A stretch of DNA of 64,000 nucleotides from Lingula anatina (lineage: Eukaryota > Animalia > Brachiopoda), in the NCBI GenBank assembly GCA_051362555.1, contig CM120644.1, positions 24,636,534-24,700,533 of the forward strand, in the 5' to 3' direction. The position numbers and the translations under genes were made by a program. Within the stretch, counting starts at the first letter, position 1. Each line of letters starts with the position of its first letter. Shown here piece after piece: positions 1 through 10,017 of this stretch. Under the pieces are notes generated by a model that was given only the letters and a program-made list of their open reading frames with translations, had not been told where the DNA came from and made no database searches.

Positions 1-385
1 TCAATCGTTTTACGATCGCAACTTTAAGAACTGATTTAAGGTAATTGGTGTTGATGATTTGAGGGGGCGTGTGTTTTTTTCTATGTGGTATTTCTCTCAT
101 CAGTCACAAGAACTGGGTATATTTGGATTGTCACAGAATAAGTTAACACCGGATTCACAAAGGGTTCGCATTTTTATTTTGGTGAAAGATTCAAATCAAA
201 GTTTTGTTATGTCAAGTTTTGGAAATGTCGTACAATTTTAGTCGTGTGGGGGTATTTCATAGTTTTATATACTCGGGGCGTCGTTCTCAATGTTGATTTT
301 ATGTTTTATTTATAGATTGATTGAAGGATGTTTTATTCATTTATGCCTTCTGTTACTTTGCTTTTATGTACTTTATTTTATGCAG

Positions 386-3378
386 CAAGCAATGGTTATC
401 ACATAAATGGCGGCGTCTTGATCCAAGGCATCAGTGACGCTGCCACGTGCGCGGCCCGCTGTGTGGCCCTCCCCCTCTCCCTCTGCCAGGCCATTGACTT
501 CAACAGCCGGACGTCCAGGTGTTACTTCCACTCCCCCCGGACAGCCTGTAACACCCTGCTAGCCAAGGCCCACTGTGTCAACTACAGGCGGGTCAGGTGT
601 ACAGGTGAGGCACGCCTTATTTACCTGTCTGTTCAAATGTTATATCAGGGTAGTACGTGACGTCATGCTGACGTCACATCAATAATTAAGGTAAACGGTT
701 CTGACTATTAATGATATTGTCTCCTTTTGTCACAGCGACCATTTGTGTTTGTGTGCTTCAGTGGGGGCCTTATCTATGACCCCATTCCCAGAGATTAGAT
801 CGATCCAACTAGACGGACCTAACTCCCTGGGGGTTCACGCTAAATAGCTGTCAGGCGAGCGGGCACGAAAGTTAATTACCCCCTTGCAGTAGGCGGGACG
901 GACATTTAAGCCGGATTATCTGACAGTAATCTAGTGAGACTCCCCACGGGGATAGATCGATCTAAAATCTATGGGAATGCTCCCTAAACGGTCGCAGTTA
1001 TCATGACGTAAAAAGATAAAGGTATTTTAATTGTAACACACACACCGTCTAATATCTGAAATATATTAAGATTTTTTTGCTGTTGCTGATGATAATTGTT
1101 GCTGTACTTACTTCAGGATCCTACCAAGCACCTCACCAACCCACCTACAGCCATCGAGTCCACCACGCCCCCGCCAAGCCAGTGCACCACGCCCCCGCCA
1201 AGCCAGTCTACCATCCGGTGGTCATTCATCTACCTGTCCAAAAAACCTACGATGAGAAACAGACCCCGAGCGTGGCTCCCCCGCACCAAACCTATCACCA
1301 GTCTGCCCCTGCCGTACAACAGGCCCCACAGCCACAGCCACAGCCACAGGTCCCAGCCCCGGCGCCTGCGCAGTCAGTGCAGACAGCTGGTATGCTTTGA
1401 TATTTTAATTTGATTGATATTTCTATAAAAAAAAGAAAAAAACTCGAGCTTGGTCCATGCGTTGTAATTTTTGTTCTTTTCGGAGATTATTGAATGTAGA
1501 TAGGGGAGACCGGGGCACGTTCGGCCCCTTTTCCTTTGATCGGTTGTAGTTCAGCTGTTTGACGACGAATCTCAATGATGTGTTTTGAGTAGATAGACTG
1601 CTAAATTTCCTTTTTTTATACATTGGTCAAATGTAAAGAAGACCTTGCGTTTTTAAGAAATTTAACATGAAATAAATTTCCAACACGTGGCCGAACGTGC
1701 CCCGGCCTGGGGCACGTTCGGCCTCTCGATGGAGCACGTTCGGGCTGCAAATTCAAATGCTTTCCTACCGATTTCTTTTATTTCCATTTCACATGAATAC
1801 CTTAAAAATAGGTGTTTTGGTGCTAAACAGTGACGATATACTTGAAATAAGTAATATAGTTAGGTTTTAGAAAGATATGTAGGCCTAATTGAAATTGTTT
1901 GTTTGGTACATGTTTGTCCTGGAACTACATATATTGAACTTCTATTTTTTAATGCATAGGTCTTTATACTTCTCATGTATATACATTACAGAACATGAAG
2001 GAACCGACCTACGTCAGTTTTGAAACCCCACATTTAATCCAACGGGAAAACTTTCTAATATTTGAAACCCAACAAAGCATTCAAACGCAAAACATCAACT
2101 TTAATCACAAAGAACATATTAACATACACAATTTGTTTGAGATAATGTCACGTTAAGGAAATATTTAAAAAAAAACTAGATAACAACTCCAGTGATCTTT
2201 AAACAATGTTAATATTTCCGGCCAGATGCCATAGTGTTTCTCTGGAAAATATAAGTTAATGATATGTACATGTATTAAATATTTGAATTAAAGGCTTCAT
2301 GCGTGGTTGAAAAAACGCGACAATTAAAATGTGAAGATACAAGCTTAAGTTTTAACCCCATTAATGGCGCTGAAATGTTAGCATATAACAAACTTTTTGG
2401 GCTTAAAAATAATAATTTTTAGATCAAGTCTTTCGCCAAAGCCACGGGGCACGTTCGGCCCCAGGCCGAACGTACACAACCCAGGGGCCGAATGTGCCCC
2501 ACCTTGAGGGGCCGAACTTGCCCCAAGCCTGCATTCCGAATGTATGTTACCATAGCAACATAATTAAGAAGACGACAGTGTGGTGCCATACCTCATTTAA
2601 ATTGGCTTTCTATATGCTCTTATATTATAATGCATTGGTGACAGTAAGTCAACTAATTAATGCTAAAGTAGACCCAAATTAAAAAAACCCGTAAAAAATT
2701 TAACCCGTGAAAAATAAGTTTTTCAATCATATCTTCCGAACGGAGTGCACCACAGAAGCCTTATTTTTGTAGGACCCGCTAAATAGATCAAGTGACACGT
2801 AAAGGGGTCGCTGCTGGACCAAAAGTGTTAATTGTGGAAAATACGAGTGAAAGCCGAACGTGCCCCGGGGCCGAACGTGCCCCGGTCTCCCCTAATTGTG
2901 TTGTAGTAACACATAAATATCAACATTTGACTTTTCAAATTTGTTCGCGGCAGCTGCATTAAACAAAATCAACAATATACCTCTTTGCATTCCATGGAAG
3001 ACATAAGCCAATTATTAACGAAAAAGAAAAAGGAGAGTGCAGATGTTAGAACAGACGTGAGACTCCTAGAATATTACATTGAACAGGAATAAGCTCTGAT
3101 ATATTTTCAGAAAATTTGAAAAATGATTTCGTATCTAAAAGCGTGTTGTTAAAAGGCCATGCTGGTGGCAATCCTACCAATGAGCTTTGTATTTTTCTCA
3201 TCTAGGTAGTTGCCCGCGTTGCCAGACTGTAGGACAGTTCTCTCCGGGACCCAATCAGAATCAGTTCTGTGTGTGTGGTGCGGGACTGCTGTCAAATTTG
3301 ATGACGTGTGCCTCGGGGACGGAATGGTGCCAGCGCGTCGTCACCTGCGTTCACGCTGGATCCTGCGGCGGAGCTTAA
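386..3378 (+). CDS. Matrix-type protein 1: PAN/apple domain + His/Pro/Gln-rich linker + chitin-binding type-2 (CBM14)-like domain; 5' exon(s) not identified
   Basis: Exons 386-604 (tgcag|..|gtgag; CAARC..CQAIDFN...CYFH..C..HCVNYRR, PAN pattern), 1117-1389 (cttcag|..|gtatg; HHAPAKPV x2, QP repeats) and 3206-3378 (tctag|; FCVC..LMTCASGTEWC..TC..C, TAA). All introns are phase 1 and the exons splice in frame. Confidence 0.8.
776..987 (+). mobile_element. MITE family 1 (PIF/Harbinger/Tourist-like), ~210 bp
   Basis: TIR cattcccagagattagatcgatc ... gatcgatctaaaatctatgggaatg; five further copies in the window. Confidence 0.85.
1501..2894. mobile_element. Non-autonomous TIR DNA transposon (~1.39 kb), TA termini, Tc1/mariner-pogo-like
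   Basis: Perfect 27-bp inverted termini taggggagaccggggcacgttcggccc / gggccgaacgtgccccggtctccccta; internal ggggcacgttcggcc motifs near 1690-1745, 2446-2525 and 2853-2884; no transposase ORF; lies in an intron. Confidence 0.85.
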
Positions 3379-4407
3379 GTCTAACTTCTTCAATTTTACC
3401 TGACTGCGTACTGATATAGCAGTGAACAATTAATTTTTCCAAGTTATTTTTATACGTTTCCAACCACCACCATTATTAAATCACTTTAATTTTTTTTAAT
3501 GTGCAAATATTTAGTTCAGTCCTCAGCTATGGACAATGCAGTAGATATGTTGAGAGTGATAGGCCAATTTAATGCAGACCTATGCGTGAGAACTTGTTTC
3601 TGGTTTAACGCCGAGATGGAGAAGTTATTTAGATTAGATGACAGAATTTGCTCCCAACGGAGAATTATTATAGTATGTCACTCGCTACTGTGCTTTTACA
3701 ATCCTCCAATACAATACCTCAGAATTAAAGTGAATTATAAATGTATAATCAACTGGTAATGGGTTCATTTGGATTATTATATAATTGTACACTCGAAATC
3801 CATGTTACGTGTTTTTGAGAGCTGAAGATGGTTCATTGAAGAATTGTTTTAACTTATCAGTAAAACAACGGCAACATCAGTTAGACAAGAGGCTGTAATA
3901 TCATTTATACTGTTATCCTTTGCCTTACTGTACATCTTAGAACAGATTTAATTTTGAGTATGCAAATACTGATTTTTTTACAGACAAATTGCTCGTTTAT
4001 TTTCTGCAAACATTAAATTCGTAACAGGTTGAAAAAATGGAACAAAAGTCGGCTTGTGACTTAAGAAATGGGAAATAAGCTTACAAAGGTATGAAGTAAT
4101 TAAATAAAACCCATTTCAGCGGTTGTTTTCTATGTGTTTTTCCTTCTTGAAAATATTTAATACGGTATTTGGAGGTTACCAGTAGCAAACCTGTTGTAAA
4201 TGTTCGGTGTCTTATTATCAGACCTGCACATGCGCACTGTCATAGTATGTAGCTTAAGGCGTGTAGTTAAGGTGTGGGGCTTGATACTCAGAAAATGCCT
4301 TCTAAGGCTAGCTACTTGTGTGATAGCATTTATTTTGTGTTTTGAACATTTTAAATACTGCCTTAAGTTCAGTTCGTTTGTCAGTGGGTTACTATAAGTG
4401 GTACTAT

Positions 4408-4626
4408 AAAATCCCATTCCCAGAGATTGGATCGATCCAACTAGATCGACCTAACTCCCTGGGGGTTCACGCTAAATAGCTGTCAGCCGAGCGGGCACGA
4501 AAGTTAATTACCTCCTTACAGCTTGTAGTAGACGGGACGGACATTTAAGCCGGATTATCTGACAGTAATCTAGTGAGACTCCCCACGGGGATAGATTGAT
4601 CTAAAATCTATGGGAATGCGCCCTAA
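4408..4626 (+). mobile_element. MITE family 1 copy
   Basis: Near-identical to 776-987, with both TIRs. Confidence 0.85.
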
Positions 4627-5099
4627 GAGTCAGGCTCCATCCTTGAAGAACATAAATAATAGACAAAATCAGAGTTGTGAGATGGTAGAGTTTTTTTTTC
4701 TGTTTGGTTGCCGTTTACTTCAATTTTTGTTTATCTACGTTATGGCTTCTTTGTGACGAGAAGAAAGAAGTGCGGCAAAGGATATTTTATGTTACAACTC
4801 ATTATTTCAAAAAAAAAAAAAAACATTGATTTTTTATGGGTAACGGCGGTGGTAACAAGCAATTTGTGTCTGGCAGAGGTTAGAAAGGAACTGGTAAGTT
4901 AATACCTTATTACTTTCTTTTTTTTTATTCTTTTTACGTTTCTGTATTACAAATATCCTGCGTAGAGCTTTTGCAATCTTGAACTGCTAGTTAGACTGCG
5001 AAACCGTGGGTGAGGTATTTTGGTATTGGTATGTAAAAAAATATTTGTAAACTTACAATATGTGTGCAACATATTAAGCTACGATCTCATTTCTTTCAG

Positions 5100-7676
5100 T
5101 CAATCCTATGAGTCAAATCCTGGGTGGAGTCTTAGTGGACAATGCAAATAACGTGAGCACGTGTAACCTCATCTGTCAGCTGACCTCTGTCCACGGGTGC
5201 GCAGCCTTTGACTTCAACCACATGACCCGCAGGTGTTTTCTTCACGGTTACAGAACTGCCTGCAATACCATACTGCGCAATGAGAACGTGACACATTATA
5301 GGCGCCAGCTATGCCGTAAGTAAAGATCTGTACTAATAAGTTATATAGGCCCCAGATGGTGTTTTATGCTCGTGGATGAGGCGTTGATCAGACTGCAGAT
5401 AACCCAGTCTGCGGCTTATCCTTTGTTATTGTAGACTTATTATGACACACGCTGACGCAATTTAGACGTTAACTGTGTGTTTAAGACCAAGGTAAACGAC
5501 CAACAGACTTTTTATTAATTTATATATCCGAGGAAGTTAAATTTCTTTAACCATTAAAATGTTTACGACGTTGATCTACCAGTAAAATTGAAATCGACAC
5601 TCTTTAAAGTTGGACTTAGTTATCTTAATTCAATCATTTCAGCAAAACATCCAAACAAAGTTACGAAAGCAGCCACTACCCGCCACACTTATCCCCCGAC
5701 AACCACAACTACAACCACAACTACAACCAAGGCACCTCGCACCTATCCCACAATGCACCACGGCTATAACATGGAAACTTTACCCACCACGGCCTCCGAG
5801 CCTACTAGACCCACTTCACCAAGCACTTATCAAACCCATCCAACAGTGCCGCACACGTATCCAACAGCTCCGCCATCAACCTCTCCCACAATGCCTCACA
5901 CCTATCCCACAATGCCTCCAACCTATCCCACAATGCCCCCAACCTATCCTGGCCCGGATGCCAGCCCAGAACCTACGCCCAAGCACCCGATTTACGCCAG
6001 ACCCATGCCCGGAATGCAAGAAATGCCAGACATGCCAAAAGCCGAAGAGGGCTACCCAATGCCAATGATGCCAAACATGCCACAAATGCCTAACATGCCA
6101 GACATGCCTCAAAGACCAGGTAAGATTTGTTTTTGAACACATTTCCAGCAGGTCTGGTTCATTTACATAAAGCAGAAGCAGCGTAAATGATGATAACACA
6201 AGTAAACATGTTTACATGAAAGAACATTTACAGTCAAATTTTGAGAAGACGACATACAAATATGAGATTGAGGTGTGAAAAATTCTACGTGAAACTTGCA
6301 GTCGGCTGCTGTCCGATGAAGTACGTACACATTTACGTAGCCACAGGTGGCGGGATATTTCAATTATATAACCATACACTCTATGTCTCTATTTCTTCTT
6401 CTTTCGAAATATTATTTTTCAGACCATTTTAAGACTACCGTGCTTCAAATACCGTGTAATATCCGGTCAAAAAGTCTCAGCTCATCCTCATTTATTGTTT
6501 AACCATTTCGTTTTAGTTCACGTGTTCCCTATCCATTATCACTTCCCGATGATGATGATGAAAACGGAGGCAACCACCACCATGAAACCAACTACAATGT
6601 CCACCACACAACCTACCACAACTACAACAAGACCAACCATGAAGACCTACCCTCCACCTACCATGAAAACCTATCCTCCACCAACCATGAAAACCTACCC
6701 TCCACCAACCATGAAAACCTATCCTCCACCAACCATGAAAACCTACCCTCCACCAACCATGAAAACCTATCCTCAACCTTCCACTTCCCATATGACATAC
6801 CCGCAACCTACAACAAGCTCAACCATGAGAACCTACCCTCAACCATCCACCACCACCACAATGATGACGTACTCTGAACATATGCCGACAGCTCCTGCAG
6901 GTAAGGAAGCATTTCAGGAATAACTTTTGCTTTTGTTGAACATAATACACGTCTTCACAGTATTGCAACTGAAATAAAAGGGCGTGATAAAACCGCTAAC
7001 GCTCCTATTACTCCAAAATAAATGAATAAATAAATAAATAAATAAAACCCCAAAATGTGTTGTGCTTTAGAACCATTTTCACTAACGTATTTTCTTTTGT
7101 TAATTGTTTCGATTCCGTCCACCTTCCTCTGAAAATAACACGTGTGCAGTGGGCACTTTTTGAAGACCAAAATTATACAGAAATAATACAGAAATAATTT
7201 AATATATTTCAATACAGTTCATACAGCAATTCAGAGCATGAAAATGTTCTAGATATTCACTTCTGTGTATCTAAACATTACCTTACTTCAAATTGCTGAC
7301 GGTGTATACTTTTGCTTCTTGTGACCTTTAAAGATGCTGAAAAGTATATTCAAATATTTTCTTTAACATATTAATGTACACAAGCGGACAGGTAGCTAAT
7401 ATTTTGCATATCTGTAAAAGCGACTGTTATGTTTTTATGTCGACAGGTACTTGCGGCTCATGCTCCCAGCCTGGGCAATACATGGCGGCGTCCAACCCTA
7501 ACCAGTTCTGTCTGTGTGACGGCAGCCGCCTGGCCCACTTGATGACCTGTGCCTCGGGGACCGAGTGGTGCCAAGCCAAACTCACGTGCGATTTCCCAGG
7601 ATCCTGCTCGAGCGGAGCAGTCCATAATGGTAACAATGGGCAGACGCAGACGACAAAGAAGACCAAAAGATATTAA
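5100..7676 (+). CDS. Matrix-type protein 2 (paralogue of protein 1): PAN/apple + Thr/Pro/Met/Tyr repeat (mucin-like) region + chitin-binding type-2-like domain; 5' exon not identified
   Basis: Exons 5100-5315 (CNLIC..CAAFDFN..RCFLH..C..VTHYRR), 5643-6119 (YPTMPPT and MPNMP repeats), 6517-6900 (TMKTYPPP repeats) and 7447-7676 (FCLC..LMTCASGTEWC..TC..C, TAA). All AG/GT, phase 1, in frame; AATAAA at 7689-7694. Confidence 0.82.
6636..6779 (+). repeat. Coding 24-bp tandem repeat: (TMKTYPPP)5 + TMKTYPQP
   Basis: accatgaaaaccta(t/c)cctccacca unit, six copies, in frame within exon 6517-6900. Confidence 0.9.
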
Positions 7677-10017
7677 ATGACGTATTGAAATAAAGTGGAT
7701 GGAATTATCAATAATCCGTGGGAAAAAAAGGCTAAAACTTGCTTTTTTTCTCTCGTTTTCACACACTTTGCTGTCAAAGGAGAGAAAATAAATTACAAAG
7801 AAGATCAAATAAAATATATTTCCTTTCACTTGAAACATGAACGAGGACTACATCCTTCACTTAAGGAGAGTTTACGTGAAGTGTAGTTATGGACTACGGA
7901 TGGTAAGGGAATCAGGACATTAACATTTTATAGATTGCTTGTGTCCCATGTTCAGAGAAATGACTCCTTGTATATGAGTTGTCAAAGGATTGTCTGATTC
8001 GTTCCAAAAATTAGGGTTTATTCTTTTTCCTTTTTTTATTTTAAATGGAGTGCAAGTGGACCGTCTTCCAGGTACTAATGCGCTTGATGGGTCCAGGCCA
8101 AACAAAGTGCAATAGATCCATTACTTATTAACGTCTTGGAAGCTATAAAGAACTGATTTTATCAGGACGTTAGCAAACAAATTGAAAGAGTTAATTACAA
8201 TTGCACGCATGGCAATATAATATAATTATATTAGGCTCTCAAAGGCATGTGATCGATATATGTTACCGAAGCTTATGAACCATTTATGCCTAGTTTATTT
8301 TTTGTTTGGGCAAGGGGTTTATTGAAATCATCACTGTACCCAATTAAGAATATGTCTGAAGGATACTATTATTTGTTATCCGTTATCCGGTGCTGCGTTT
8401 CTGTCGCCATGGCACCGTATGTAAACAAGCTGATCTTGCAAAGAGATGCGTGGTCTTTAATTAACCTTGACCTTGAAAACGGACTTACTCTCTTTTTTTT
8501 CCTATGTCGTGTATGTATTCTGGAACTTTGGTATGTGCATATGTAGTTAATTAATATTCCAATGTGAAATACATGGGTTTGGTGTCTCATATACATATAT
8601 ACGTAGGGTTAGAGGGGAAACGGTCAATGCAAATCCAGCTAGATGGAATGTAGAAAACATTTATTTGTTAAAAATAAACTATACATAATCGAAAATTAAA
8701 GCCAGTGACAATTGTATTAATGTTATTGTCCATTTGTTACATTAGTCATTTATTGTTTACTGTATATAATCCCCGTTACTTCAATTTCCCCACCAATCTA
8801 CTTGAATTATATGCTCCTGATTGTGTACAATGTTTTTTTTTACGGATTAAGGTGAATGCATCACTGAATTTAGGAAAATTAGAAGTTATAGTAATACAGA
8901 ATAGCTAGCTTACTTTGGGTCATTTTCGTTGGTACTCATGCTAATTATGTTTTACTGTAACACCTTTCAATAGCTTATGATATCAGTTTTTGGATATGAA
9001 AAAAAATGCTGGCCACATGAAAGGCCTTTGGGAATTTTTTTGGTATTTGGTCATTGTCAAAGAGATTATTTCAACGCAGTTCCCTATCACTCGTCTTGGT
9101 CTTATTAAAGATCATTATACATGACATACCCTGGTATTGATAAACGCTAAAAACAAAGCGTCCCTTAATTTGGCAGGGCGCATTGTCCAGTGAAATGGAC
9201 GCCTTTTCTGCCGTAATGTGCAACGTGCATGCCCACACAGCGCTTGGTTTACCATTTGGATGACCAAATATCCTAAAATCTTACTATGAAGAATGCAAAG
9301 TCCACAATACACATTAATCCCATATGCTAGTTTTTTTTAAGAAAATTTGATAAAATATATATACACTGCATTGCCAGAGCACCTTAACAATACAAAATTT
9401 CAAGTGTACAAAAAAATCTTATAATCAGAAGGCACTTTTTCAATTTTTTTAAAACGGAAACGGAAACTTAAAAGTTGAAATTTGCTGTAACTTATAACAA
9501 ACTTTTATAGACATCACTGAGCATGCATTTGAGTTTATCAACGTAAGGTCCAGTTGATATTACAAGATTTTAATTACAAAAAAAACTCAAGTCATGTTAT
9601 CACAAGGGCAGTAGGAGTACATTTTAATTGAACCAGTAGTTTATAAGCATGCATTTCTCTGCCCATGATGTATTCTTCAAATCATCAACACAGAAATTCC
9701 CCTTTTGTGCAGTGGACGTGGTGTGATGTGGTCGTGAAATGTCCCAGTAAGTCTTGTGGCGCTCTCTGGTCAGATTTTTTTCGCACAAAAATAACCTAAA
9801 GATCAAAAGTATTAGTACACCGATTTCATACATTTTGGTGCAACCAATATTCATGACATGTAACTTAATTTCTGTAAAAGCAAAGAAACAGAGTATTAAC
9901 AGGAAAGGGACCACAGGATCATTTTTATCTTTTTTTCTACTGAATTCTGTTCACTCAAACCCAGCACACTTTCCTTCTCTGCCAAAGGTCTCCTTACCTC
10001 GTGTCCATAGGTTTCCG

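Noticed and set aside
4200-4902. Signal-peptide first exon for gene 2
   Set aside because: The hydrophobic ORFs lack an ATG combined with a phase-1 donor compatible with exon 5100; left unassigned.
5610-6806. Overlapping alternative-frame and antisense ORFs (5610-6068, 5876-6199, 6513-6806)
   Set aside because: Shadows of the repetitive coding exons of gene 2.
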